From Raillietiella orientalis (taxonomy: Eukaryota), in contig JAYWIR010000025.1 of the NCBI GenBank assembly GCA_036172245.1, positions 1,860,001 through 1,924,000 of the forward strand: a DNA stretch of 64,000 bases. Direction: 5' to 3'. The notes below the pieces were generated by a model that was given only the letters and a program-made list of their open reading frames with translations, did no database searches and was not told the DNA's origin. A program made the translations under genes and the position numbers. The first letter of the stretch is position 1. Each line of letters starts with the position of its first letter. Of this stretch, positions 36,900-49,649 are shown one piece after another.

Positions 36900-37460
36900 G
36901 AGGGCACGGGTGATCTCTGGTATTTCAAACGCCTTCAAATCACATTCTCGGAGAAGCGCTTGATTTCTACGGAACCCTTCATTAGCGTGACGATTATGCT
37001 CATGGCTTTGCGCATCCTGGGGGGGAAAGGGGAGGGGGGCGTTGCTCAGTCGGTGCGCGGCGATATTCTGAAGGTTCGAATGTCAAAACTCAGGTAGTCA
37101 GAGTCAGCTAAAAATTCAAGCTTGCCAAGAGATCCATTTCGAACTGCGTGTTCTCGGCCCAGGAGGAGAGCTGTACGATCCTCTATCCCGCCGCAGGGGG
37201 GAACGCGATGGAAGTGGATCCACCTAAATCGGTGCTAATCGTCACAATGACTAGAGGAATGCACCCGATCTTTGCTTCTCACGGGCTGAAAGTCATCTTA
37301 AATCCTGGAAATCTTCTAGAAGGCAGGGATAGACAGAAAGGCGAAACAAACGTCAGGGTCACTCTGTCGAAGCAAATTTTATTGCCTGCATTCTGTTTTT
37401 TGCAATTAACGTTGGTGGCTGCTTCTCTCTTGTTCATCCGCACAAGAGCTGCTTGCTGAG
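36900..37460 (+). mobile_element. Decayed gypsy-like reverse transcriptase fragment
   Basis: 'VAQSVRGDILKV' resembles V.VYLDDILV, followed by 'GGNAMEVDPPKSVLI', resembling G...DP.K...I. Confidence 0.35.
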
Positions 37461-39203
37461 ACATGGAATGATGACATCAAAGATAAATACATACATGTTG
37501 TGCGGGTCTGCTCTTCATTAATAAAATCTTCGCGTCTTCATAATAAAAGACTGGTTCCAAGGTGGTAAAGTGCCATCGAGGCGTAGACATCGGGTATGTT
37601 GACATTCCTTCTCCGAGCATCTGCTCCACCTGCTGCACGTGGAAGCCGGCATGCGTGAGAGACTGGATTATTTATGACTCTGATAGATAAAAAAATCGTT
37701 CGGTTATTCCTAGCAGGACACGGTTGGCCCTCCTCGTGTGTCTGTGTGTGTGTGTGTGTTTTTTTTTTGCAACCAAGTGGTTGTTTCCTAGGAGAAAAGG
37801 AAACTTCTATCAGTGCGACGGAGGTTTCGAGGCAGCGAAAACATTTTTTCTTTCCTTTTTTTGTTCTGCACAACCGAGATGCAGTTTTCCGTTCTCACGG
37901 GAAAAACAACGGAAGTGCTTTCACCTGCTTCGTTCCATGTTGTTTCCTCTTTGAGGCTCTTCTTCCACATGTGTCGAATAATCATCCAAACGACCGAATC
38001 CGATGTGACTTTGGAAATAATCCGAGGCCCATTATCCAGTTCTCTTTTCGTGACTAGAGAGTGGTTCTGTCAGCCCAACTGCCATTGCCGTATTACCAAA
38101 ATGAGTATTTAGAACTTTCCAAGCAATAAACGCTGAATCAAAAGAGTGTCTGGTGCTTTCTGGAGAACTATTCTTGCGAACGCCTGCCAGAGTTTTAGCG
38201 CTATAGCAGATCGAAAATCAGTCGAGGATGAATTTCGCCTCCCTTATCCCGCGGTAATGACTGACAGCGTATTGAAAAAGGAGAGCAAACTGTAGAGTCA
38301 GGATTCGCACAGATGAAATAAGCTTCTGATGCCAGGCGAGACCTATCGAAGCAAACGAGCGCTGCTGCGAAGATCTGATGCTGGGAGCAGAGAGCGCCTT
38401 GACAAGTGATGGAATTCCTCTTGCGGAAGTCCAGATGGGTTTATGTATGTGACATGCTCGCAACGCCAAGTATATTTCACCGAGGAGCGGGGTTCGAAAG
38501 TTTCCAAGGAGGCAGCATCATTGCCTTCCGGGCTGCTCACGAAGGAAATAACGACGCCGAGATTGCGCTTTCGAATTCATGAAGATTTCATCAGCAAGAT
38601 TCATTTGCCACCTGAATCGCTCTTGTGAATTACGAGGGGAGAGTAACGAAGCATGGTAGCTCTGCGAGCGTGTAAGCAAAGCGGTTACCAAGGTTTCCCG
38701 AAAGCTCTGTCCCACTGAGCGAACGAGAAACCCCGGCGGTCCGAATTTTTCTCCTTTCGATTTGGCGATCGGCCGCTTTCCCTTACTTCAGGCATCTTTC
38801 GAATACGTCTTCGTCTTCGTCTCGGGATAAACACTTTGGCCTTCTATTTGAGGCAGACGCGCACTCCTCTCCTTCGCGTGCTGAGGGCTGGAGAGAGAAC
38901 TCCTAGGAATGGTCATCATACCAACTCCTGCATTAATCTGTAGGGAAGCAGAAGACAGTTTGTTGACACGCATTACAGTGCTCAAGCATACACATGCACA
39001 CACGAACCTATTTCAGGACACACGTGTGTGTACATATGCATGCGCGCACAAGCGAAGCGAAACGTTTCTTCTCCATCGCGGGCATCGGAATAGATTGGTG
39101 CGCTCACATAAGATTCTTAATTTTATATGAGTGTATAAATGAGATTTTGTGGTTTGATTGAGTTGAGTTGGATATTTTATCACTCCAGGAAAAGGCTCTG
39201 TGA

Positions 39204-39241
39204 TTGTGCTTCTCAGCTTCACAGTTGTGCTTCTCAGCTTC
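39204..39241 (+). repeat. Short tandem duplication (17-nt unit, 21-nt period)
   Basis: TTGTGCTTCTCAGCTTC at 39204-39220 and 39225-39241. Confidence 0.9.
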
Positions 39242-41399
39242 TTTCTGAGGGAACTTTGATGTAATCGCGGCAAGGGCACACAAAAAGTGAGATGTACAGA
39301 TTTGGATACTGAGACCCTGCAAATGGAGCATTTAGAGTTTTGAAAGGAATCAGTGCATAAAACAGGAGCATTTCTTCTTCGGAGAGATCCATACGAAATC
39401 GATGAGACCACAGTATTCGTCCGGCAGCATCTGGACCTTGATTCACATGATGAGACCGAACAGAGGAACACGCAAAAATATTTCCTCGCTCATTCTACAT
39501 TGAAATTCCTTTACTCTCAAAGCTGGGTCTCTGGGTCCAACTTCTGTTTCCTTAATGCTTGATTCTATCGCTTTCTCAGCACAGGGGTACTTCCCTGTGC
39601 TGCGTCCCAAAAGGCGCATCTCCAAACTGCCCGCAGTTGCAGCTTCAGTTAGCTCAAGTATCTCGGTTTGCGAAAAATTTTCAAGATTCCTCCTTCCGAG
39701 GTCTCTGAAATTGGATGAAAGACTCTAGACTCACGTATGCACTCTGAGCTATTGGGGATGCGAATTCACGAAGAGAAATAGGTTCATCATACGGGAACAC
39801 CGCCCATGGGAATCGACTTGAGGAAGTGTTTTCTAAAGGAACTCCGTGCACTTTTGGTACTCACTGCACGAAATTAAATGCTGTCGATGAAACGACAGAC
39901 GCTAATACTAATAATAAATCCATAGTCCAAGAAATAATAAAGGTGGTAGAAGACTAGAATTACCAATGGCAGCTAGCAAAATGAGTTGAAGCTAGTAATC
40001 GACGAAAGGAATAAATAGTAATTGAAAGAATACATAGCAAAGGAAAATAAGCGCCAATAATAGGAGAAATGAACGCCAGTAATTAAAGGAATAGACCCCA
40101 GCAATTTTCCATGGGTGTTTCATTTAAGAATGATTGATGTTCCTTTTTGCCCTGAGTGATGCAAGACTGTGGTGCTCATTTCGTGAAAGAATGTGCTTCC
40201 CTCCTGCAAGCTCTGCATCTTCGAAAATGAGGCATGACATTTGCACTTGTACCTAATTTTTGCGGTCCAATCTGAATCAGACGTTCTCAGTGGTAAACTT
40301 GAGGTTGCAAGATGGGAATGCGTTGCATCGTTTCCATGGAGGATAATTAAAGTCAGCAAAGAGGATCAGCCAGTAAAGGAAAAAGAAAAGGAAGAAAAAA
40401 AGAAAAGGAAGAAAGAACCACACATTATCATCAACAGGGCACATCATCATTAACTGAGAAGGAGGATCGTGACCTAGAGTCATTTTAATTAATCCTAGGA
40501 ACAATGTGATCCTCTCCATCATTCCAGACCATTGGATGTGGGCGGTAGCTGTAGCGCTTTCGGTTCCTCCATGACGCTTTCGTTTCTCCAGTAGCCTGAC
40601 CGGGCTGCCCGAAAGGAAGGGTAAGGGTAGGAGATGGGGCGACCCCAACACTCGATCAGGATCTTAAGCAGTTCCTAGTTTGATTAAAGGAAGTTTCCTC
40701 TTTTCCGGAACGAGGAAAAAATGCCCACAGAGTTCCCGATTTTTGGAAAGCTGAACAGTCTTCACATTAGCGATGAGCAATCATCGATTAGTAACGCAGA
40801 TTTCATAAGAATAGGTCCTTGTGACCGACAGTTGAAAAATAGCTGATTTGATCAATAAAAGGTACTTACCACTTCCCTACCTTGAAAATCCCGTAACAGC
40901 CGCTTCCTTTCCCATTTCTCTGTCTGTTCCCTGGATGCTCTTGTTCCGATTCTTCGAGGAGTACGCAGGTGCCTCCGCAAGAGTTGGGAATGGGGGTTTC
41001 GAGCCCGGCTGCTGCCCCCGAGCGCGGGTGCCCGGAAGCGGAAAGCGAACCGTCCGTTTCGAAGAAGCAAGCTGCCTCCCTGGATCCAACCGCTTGCTTC
41101 GCCCCATTTTACCTTTGGTTGCAGATTATGAGCAGGGCTGGGAGTGGGGGACAAGGTCGCTAGCCGCCTACCACTCAGCCCTGGGTCTCGAGAGAGAGAG
41201 TAGACTCCGTTCACAAGGGTGAAGAAAGTGAAAGAGTAAATCGAACCACGCGAAAGGAACATTAAGGGTTACCAGCAACCCGATCGAGGAGGTACGGACG
41301 GGTGTTCTAATCCATTTAGCACTCCAGAAAAAGCGAAAGCAGGAGCAGAAAAGGGGGAAGGGGAGGGGAGGGGAAGAAAGCTAGACGAATTTCGAGACA

Positions 41400-42960
41400 T
41401 CAGACGAAGGTACTCGGAGGCAAGCCGCAGCTTCATTAATCAGTCGCGGCGGAAACGGAAGTTGCAACAAACACATCAGGAGAGAGAATTTGCACCAGCA
41501 TCTCGCGGGAGCGTGTCTTTTTTTGTCAGCATTCCCGACAGATTCCGACGTGACTCGGCTCCCCCCTTTGGCCATAATGCGTGGATTAAAACTTGCCTCG
41601 CGTATCGGCTCTGTTTCGCAAGGCGAACCCTCGTTTCTGTGACCCTATTCCCGGCCGGGGGGCGACTCGGGACAAGAGGACAATGCCCGCGAGCCAACAG
41701 GGTCTCCGTCCGGTTTCCTTTCGACGCGCACTTGCGGGAAGTCTGGCGTTCAGGGGGAGACCTGCGTGGAGCCGACCCGGACATCCCCGAGGCGATGTCG
41801 CTGTACTCTTCCGGACCCAGTCGGCTTCCTCTCGCAGCCAAAGCGCTCCCAGTTTCCTCCCCTCCCCCACATCCTGGTCACCCAGCTTTGCATGCCCCTC
41901 CAGCAGCTCTGCGGGCTTTCCGGGATTGGGCCGCATCACCAAAACCGACGCTTGCTACGAACCCTCCTCTACGGAGAGGAAATGCTGGTGCGCATCCCGG
42001 CAGAGGGAAATGCAGGCTTCGGTTCTGCCGTCTCTTTTTTTTCCTTGCGGGCATCCCGTTTCCAGTGGTCCTTCCGGGAACGAAAGTTTCCAGCCCTCGA
42101 GCGCGCGCGCTACGCATGTGTTTTGGAACACACCTGAAGAAGACGCACGCATCCGCTGCGCTCACGTGCACCGCACACGTGCACGAGGGAGAGAGCTCGC
42201 AGATGCGCAGAACGTAAGCGCGTAAGAACTCGTACGAATCCCCCTCCCCTCCCCCTTCTCGTTCGCGGTGTTCCGTCATTCCTGCCGAAATCCTTCTACT
42301 AGAATTATTCTTTGCTCGCCACGTGCGGTCTGAGGAAACCACTGTTGCTCCGTCGATTAATTTGCTATTCATTAGCGATTTTGGTGGAATCGATGGGGAG
42401 GAGGCGCAGGACTCTCTAAGAGAGGGGCGGGTGATATGTATTACTATACCGGTTTCTAATGGCTACGGGTGGATCGCAACAGCTGTTCAGGCCAAAAATT
42501 GGATCCCGGGATTAATTATTCTTCCTTGCAGCTGAAAGGCAAGCGCTGTTCGCGGGGGTCGCCGCGTGTGCTTGTGCTCCGGTTCCCGAGGCGTTTCGCC
42601 CAGCGCCGATTCCTTTCGAACCCCGCCTGCGACCGGGAGTACCTGCATCAGCGTAATTAAGATCGAGATTTGCGCGATAATTAAAGATGGCGAGTCCGTG
42701 CGATGGCTGGAGGAGAGCGCGCGCGCGCGCTTCATGCGGCGCCCGTTCGGCTCGCGCTCTCCGCAGTGGGACCACTGGAAGTGGGACCACTCGTTTCCTG
42801 GACAGGAAGCCTCCAGCCTCCTTTGACACACACCCCATCGCAGCGTTCATCCACGGATCTCACCCTCGATTCCTGGAATCATCTCGGATGCACGAAGTTG
42901 GGAGTGCTCGGATTCAGGGAGGGATTTTCTCTGCCTGCACTTTGCGGTGCCGGTGATCTT
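41400..42960. promoter_or_regulatory. Intronic CpG-rich island with TAATTA cluster and (GC)7; candidate enhancer or alternative promoter
   Basis: High CpG; TAATTA at 42513, 42654 and 42678; TTAATT at 42357; (GC)7 at 42717-42730; no TE protein motifs noticed. Function is inferred only. Confidence 0.3.
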
Positions 42961-43849
42961 CCCCCGGAGTGGTTGAAGCTATGATCCTTTTTTTTTTTTT
43001 GCGTCATCCATCCGCGATACTTTCAATTTTAGAATCTCAAGTCTTTCGGAACTCGGGCTATACGCTCGAGATTAACGCTAATTGGTTCACCCTCCCGAGC
43101 TTCCATTCCATTAGGAGCTTCCTTTTACAAATCACACAACCAACAAGCTCTTCCTTTACCGCTTTAGTCCTGCAAATCCCGACGCTTTGGGATCAATCTT
43201 CACTCTGCCCATTACCTATCGATTTTTCGATTTCTTCGCCGCTTCCGATTCCGATGTTCTGGGAGCGCGGAGACCCAGGAGCGGGGAACACCAGCGACAA
43301 CAACAGCACCGGAGGGATTTCTGGCGCGACACCGGCGAGCCAGTCCTCTCCGTCGGGAGGAGGCGCCCTCTGGTTTCGACCCGTGAAGAATCCATGCACT
43401 TCGCCAACCGCTTTTCGGACCTGGGAGCCTTGGATGCCTTCCCCTCCTGCCCTGATTCTGCAGCTGAATTTCCGTGCTCCGAGAGTCCTGGACACGTGAT
43501 TGATCCCGTCGCGTTTGTTGCACTGCGAGGCGCTCCCCGTTGCTCGTTCAACCCTGCTCTATCCCCACAGACTCGTCCGATCCTCGTGGAATCTTGTGAA
43601 AATTTCGCGAATAAATCGATCCGGTTTTTGCATTTGTGTTTGTGTGCGTGTTTCCGGTTCGGGTGGAAGTTTTCCCGGAAGCTCACGTTCTCCCGTTCAA
43701 ACGCTCTCGCTCAGAACATTCCGGAAATCGGTGGCGATATTTCGCTTACCTGTGATCCCTGGAACTGCAAAGTTTTCGACGAAAGTTACGATTCACTCGT
43801 GCCTTCGTCCTAGATAGGTAGTTCCTCGCGTTGGTAAGTGCCATTGTGG

Positions 43850-44162
43850 GTCCTACCAGTCGTGCTAGGTGCTGGCGTGCCGCGCAAGGTCCTCTTGAGA
43901 GTGTTCCGGGAGCCATGTTCAGTGGAATCGAATCCATAGTTATCTGCATCATCGTTTTTCGCTCGCCGGTATTCCAGTGGTACACATGTACACATACATA
44001 TTTTTTCTGTCTTCTTCGGACCGTCTGATTCGGATCAGAAGGTTTCATCAGGTTCCTGGATGGCATCATCTTAAGGATTAGTTCATCCACTTTGCATCTG
44101 GCTGCAGAGGAACGGAATTTTCTCAGCTTGATCCCCAGCTCCTTTCGTAGCAATATGTCCAA
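43850..44162 (-). mobile_element. Decayed gypsy-like integrase core fragment
   Basis: ORF 43746-44162 'DILLRKELGIKLRKFRSS...VCVHVYHWNTGERKTM' resembles F..L...LGIK......Y.P ... V...YN...H..T. Confidence 0.4.
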
Positions 44163-45974
44163 TCAGTGGTGTTCCGGGTAACTGTTCTGCAATCTGCTAG
44201 AGTTGTAGGATGTTTTCACAAGCTTCTTCGATCGTCTTTCCGACGACAGACCTAAATTGCTACGTCCACGAACAACAACAACAAAATACAAGAGAAAATC
44301 CTTCATACCCAATACTCGGGACTCCTAAATGCATGGCTCGGAAGAGCAGTTGAGCGTTTTTGATTAGGCTTATCGAAAATACATCAACTGGCTCAGTACG
44401 AATAATCCAGCCTCACGATAATCACATTTCCCTTCTCTACCCATTCGTCCACTCTGTGAGCATAACTCCTTGAACAATAAAGAAACTAATGACCCGATAG
44501 ACCTAGTACGTTCCTACGGACCTTCAGCGAACGTCCTGTGACAAAGCTGAAAGTAGCTTTAGGACCGCGAGCACTTCTTGTCTACAGCTGATCTTCGACT
44601 GGATCGGGTCTCAGAAGCATCAGCTCGAAAAAAAGAGGAAAAATGAAAAATAGGGCTTGTGCCTCCGGTGTCAGCGTCATTTTTGGGGGAGGGGGGGAGG
44701 AGGAACTCAAGTGTCAGCTCCCGTCTTGACCTGCGACTTTTCCATTTTTCCGGCTTTCGGAGACGGCTGTTCCCCTTCACTTTGCACTCCCTTCCCCTTC
44801 CTCCTGCTTCTTTGATCTTCTGTGAATGACCCTGCTTCTTCTGTGACAATTCGGTGCCGAGTGCATCTTTGCCAAAGTTCAAGAAGAGCGAGCGAGTTTT
44901 TTTTCTTCTCAGTTGAGCCCTGAGATTGGGTTCAGCAGAGTTACCGGGATTCGCGTGAGGAGAACCCGTCACCGAGGCATCACTTCCGCCTGCTCCATGT
45001 GCGGATCAAACGCTTCCGTTTTGATTTTTCTTGCATGGTCCCCCATGATTTAAGCAGAAACTCTGCTTGTTCATCGCTCTCAGAACTTCATCTTTAACTT
45101 GCCCTCCCCCTTCTCCTTCCGGATGCTGGGCACGCGGAGCTTTGGTTTCCGTCTCATTGGAATTTTAGCAGCACCGCATGACGCATGCGGCGTCCTTTCC
45201 TTCATTCTCGTAAAGCCCATCCTATCCCTCCTTGTTCATCCCATCTTGTCCCGAATTCTCTGCTCTGAGGACTTTCCTTTCTCGTATGCCTGTGAAGCTC
45301 TTTTTTCATCCCTTGGAGGCACCACCCCTTTTGCGCAAAGGCAGCTGTTCCTTCTTCCGTTTCTGAGCGCCCCACTTTCTGCACCTCAGGGCCTGAGTCA
45401 CCTCGAGAGATTCCTGTAAAATATTCGGTTCCTCTTATACGTGCTTCCTTTCGGCTCCTTCCCCCGTCGAGTGGGCATCGGCATAGCCCATCCGAGTCCT
45501 TCAAGGTACTCCGGAAAGCGGGGCACGCCTGAGGCTGAGGTTCCGAGAGAAAATTTTCGGGATCGGGAACTTTGAAGGGAGATTCAGGGAAGAGACGGGG
45601 AGGGTGTACTGGGGTGAGCGTCAGATCCTTCCAGGCCGCGCGTGGACCGAGAAACTTCGGGAGCTCTTCTTGGGGCTGTAGAGGAGGCGGGAGAGCCGTT
45701 CAAAGCTCATGCATCTTTAATAAGGAGTGGGATCTTCGAGGAACCCCCACAGAGCCAACAAACTAGAATGACAAGGCAGTGTTAGTTTTGTTCATACTTC
45801 CATTGCAATTGATGTCACAGCAACACTGTGATGGTGATAATGGCAGTAGTACAACAGAACGAAGCAACCATAACGCATCGTTGGCACTGCCATCGTGAGT
45901 GCTACCACCAGTCTGCTACCCGCCTGAAACTGTTCTCAGAAGATCAACAAATTGTTCTGAGGGGGGGCAGCATC

Positions 45975-46760
45975 TCAACCTTCCAACTCCAGCGGGAAGA
46001 AAGAGAAGAGAAGGGCAGTAGAGGTAGTGGGGCAAGATGGATCCTTTCGAAGTGCTGGAAGCGGCTGGGAAGACCAGAGGGATGTTCTGTGTTCGGTGAC
46101 AGCATGTGGCAGAAAGGAAGCGCTTAGGAAGAAGAAGGAAGGAAAGATGCAGTTCTTAAGGGAGTGCCCAAGTCGGGACGAGGACGACTTCCAGGAGGTG
46201 GCGTCCGGCAGGTTCAAGCTGCGAGACTGCCGGCGAGGAGCAGTCCGTCCTTCGAAAGGGGGCCAAGAAGCGCAGCGGCAGAAATATCGGGTACTTTGGT
46301 GAAGCTAAGCCTAGAGGAGACTCTCGAAATATCAGTGGGATGCATGGCGGCCCCACGATCTGCGCATCCGAGGACCATCCTGTAGAGGAGGTGCAGAGAG
46401 AAGCTTATTTTCCTCTAGAAGATCCCGTCGTAGCCGAGAGTGAAGCGCATGAGTGAGCTGGTGCACGTGTGAACCCGTGGTGAAAGAGGGGAAAAAGGGG
46501 CAGGGACACTCACCAATACCGCGAGCTGGACCCAGCCTTTGAACGCGGAACTTTTTCGCGAGGAAGAAGCCCATTCCTCGAACATGCAAAAGCAAAGGTC
46601 CTGTCGAGGGTGCCTGAGGTAGCACTAGAGGTCTTCGGGTGTGTGGAGGAACCACGCCCTTGCGATAGCATCTCTTGGCCCGAGAAGGGGACACGCTCCC
46701 ATCGAGCGGCTCAGGAGCCTGTTCTGGAGAGAATTCCTTTGAAGAAGGATGTGAAGACGC
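45975..46760 (-). mobile_element. Decayed gypsy-like integrase
   Basis: 'GVVPPHTRRPLVLPQAPSTGPLLLHVRG...FFPSF' resembles LVVP...R..IL..AH..PL.GH.G...F.WP. Core-like frames follow at 46356-45975. Confidence 0.4.
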
Positions 46761-47189
46761 GACCATGATGCAAGCAGACTCCATGCCTCCACAACTACTA
46801 CCTCCTTTCCTACAAAGAAAAGGTGGAGGGAGCTTCCTGTGAAGAGGGCTCCCTGCCTCCTTTTGGGAGAGATCCCATTCCCGTTCTTCAGCTCCTGGGG
46901 AACCCTTCCGCTTCCCTCCGCAAGACCCGAGGCCGCCAGTCGCCTCAGTCGCCTCCCCCCACATTCCTGCTCACTGTTCTTCTCTTCGCTCCCACTGTTC
47001 ATTCTCGGGACTGCTGGACTAGGGCAGGCGGTCTCATACCTCCGCTCGCCACGCGATCCCGCATCGGCTAGCTCCCGGGCGCGCCGACCCTGGACTAGCG
47101 ATTCCCGCAGTGGATGTCCCGATTGCGACGGATTCCGATCCCTTCCTCTCCTTCCTCCCTCCACTGTTTCTCCTTCCCACCTGCGTCCT

Positions 47190-47440
47190 CTTAGAGCAGC
47201 TCAGGGCTGAAGAAGCGGAGGAAGTTGCGAGTGCGCGCCGATATCTGTCCGTCCTCCGGCTGGATCGAGCGCATCTGCATCTGCCTTGCGAGCGAGAAGG
47301 GCGTAACTCGGCCCCCCTGTGGGAGAAGGGGAGCACGGGAAGACTGCCAGGACCTGCTTCGGGAAACCTTCCTGGAGGGCGTTGACGTTCGCTTGGATTC
47401 AATCGTCGCTGGAGATGAAACATGGATGATCATTCGCTCT
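47190..47440 (+). mobile_element. Mariner transposase fragment
   Basis: 'AREDCQDLLRETFLEGVDVRLDSIVAGDETWMI' resembles mariner R..CC..LL....EG..FLDSIVTGDETW, which contains the first catalytic D. Confidence 0.6.
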
Positions 47441-48929
47441 TTCCTGAAAGAAAGGAATGGCTCCGTGCCACGTCGAAAAGGTCTGCTGGGAATCGCGGTA
47501 ACGGTTGCCTGGAAACTGCAGAACCGCCTTTCCCTCGCTCGACATTTCGTTTTGGATCACAGCGGGCGTGGATTCAGGAGGGACGCTTCACCGGAAGGGG
47601 AACGAAAGCGCCTTTTCGGGAAGGCTCGACTGCATCCTCCAAGGAGACTTCCTGTCGCCTCCGGACTCATTCCTGTGCACCCGACAAGCATCCGGTCCTC
47701 CGCTTTCAGACCTCCGTCGTCCCATTCAGAGGGAGGGGAACCCGGGAATGCTGCTGGTAGATGGGCCCAGGGAGCAACCAGCTCCCTGGATTCGTGGAAC
47801 GTGCAGGGAACGTCGTGCGCTCGCTCGTGCGCGCCTCGAGTGCTGGGAGGCGGGCGGATCGGAAGATCGGGGGAGGCGCCTCTTGAGGGAACTCTTTCCC
47901 GGAATTGACCGGGAAAGAGCTTCAGGGGACATGGGGTTCACCGTTTTTGGCCTGCCTGACCCCAGTGACGCTCGCAGGTGGGTCAGCTGAGCGACCCCAG
48001 GCGTTCGTTCGTCCTCTCCGTTCCTCCAACGAAAAAGGCAAGAGGGAATTCGGCTTCCAACCTGGTCAGAGAGGAGGGGAATCTGTCTTCGGGAGGCCAG
48101 AAGAAGCGCGTGGGGAAGAAGAGGAGGATGAAAGGGAAGGAAGTTCTCACCCGTAGAAGGGTGGAGCTTTCCCCGTCCCGACCCCATAGACCGCTAGTGG
48201 AGGACGGGATGCTTCTCGTCAGAACGGGATGCTTCTTCTCGCCTGCCCCCTTTCGGGAGAGCTTCCCACCCTTACCGCCAACTCCTAGGGCTCCCTACCG
48301 CTTCTCTGTGGTGACATCGCCGAAGAGGATGTTTCTCTGTGGGACGAGGAAGGGAGGGAAGGTATCAGTCCGATGGCAAGGGAAGAGTTCCTAAAGACAA
48401 CCGCCTCCCCCTCTGCCGATTCCAGAAGGGTGTCGGAGACGCGCGCCTGACGGCACGCTCCATCGGTCAACAGAGGCCCGGCTTTCCTCCAGTCCCCCCC
48501 TTGCACTTCCGTCTCGGCACGCTACCACCGAGGAGACCCGCGACGTCGACGCTTTGACCGCTGCTTTCCTATAGCCACCACCACCCTCTGGAACGCCTCT
48601 CTCTTGGCCACTGTCACCTGTGTCTCCAGGCAGTCACGGAAAAATGGAGACGAGGGTGGCGTGGATGGGTGTCCATCCTCCCCTACGCTTCCGAAGCTCG
48701 TTGCCAAGGAGAGTTCCGCGGGAGTGACCTCGGACAGAGTCTCAGCTGGTCTTTAAGGCAGGACGCCGCGCAAGTGTCATCCCGCTGCGCTCTCCCGCGC
48801 GCGCCTTCGTAACTGCTCTCCAAAGGGAGCGCGCGGAGCCAGTTGATCCTCTGCATTCCTCCCGCTGGTGCAGGCAGCAGCGAGACTCCCTTGGGAGGCT
48901 CAAATCTCCATACTTCGGCGAACTTTTTG

Positions 48930-49210
48930 CCCCCTACTGTCCCAACTCCTACCCTGCTCCTCGCTCCCTTCTTCCCTTCCTCCTTCTCCTCCTCCTCTTC
49001 CCAACCTCTTCTTTTTTCTCTCCCTTTTCTCCTTCTCACCCCTTCCTTCTCACCCCTCTTCCCATTTCTTCCTTCCTTCCTCCTGTTCCTTGCCTCGCCC
49101 CCCCCCCCCCCCCGAGAGAGTCAGCTCGGACACTTCCGACTGGGGAGGAACCAGCACGTTTCCAGAGAAGTGGAGGAGGGGACATGAAGAGGAGGAGGAG
49201 GAAGAAAGGG
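48930..49210 (+). repeat. Low-complexity polypyrimidine tract followed by a purine-rich tract
   Basis: About 180 nt of almost only C/T ending in a C run, then a GAG/GGA-rich stretch. Confidence 0.85.
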
Positions 49211-49649
49211 CGATGCGCTCTCCTTCCAGAAGGTTCTCCAGGACGCTCCCGGCGTCTCGACGCGAGGGACAGCTCGACCCTACTCCCGCCTTAATTGATC
49301 GCCCGAGGAAGCGGTCATCGGAATTAATGGGATGATGGATGCGAGTAATCTGTGCCGGAAGACTTTTCTACTATTTTTGGGTTTGCAGCAGAGGCGGGCA
49401 CGCTGATCCTGTTGCGGTCATCCCGACGATGGGGGATGAGTGGGAGAAGGGGGGGAGGGAGCGCTGTCTCCTTGCAACAGGCTTGGCTCTCCTTCTCCTC
49501 CCACTGTTCCCACGGGAACGAGCGTCCTTTGCTCGAGATTCTTCTCCTCCACCCCGGAAAGGACTCTCTGAGCTTGACCGGATGAGCGAGATCGGATCGT
49601 CGTCGTTCTCCATCCTCACGGGGGAAGAGTTTTTTTGGACTCTATCCGC

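Noticed and set aside
37035..37085. tRNA-Ala-like start (GGGGGCGTTGCTCAGTCGGT) plus GGTTCGAAT
   Set aside because: Spacing is too short for an anticodon arm, there is no acceptor stem, and it lies within a gypsy RT-like fossil frame.
41462..42372. Overlapping ORFs of 164-251 aa
   Set aside because: All three plus frames and minus frames are open because of GC richness; no domain similarity.
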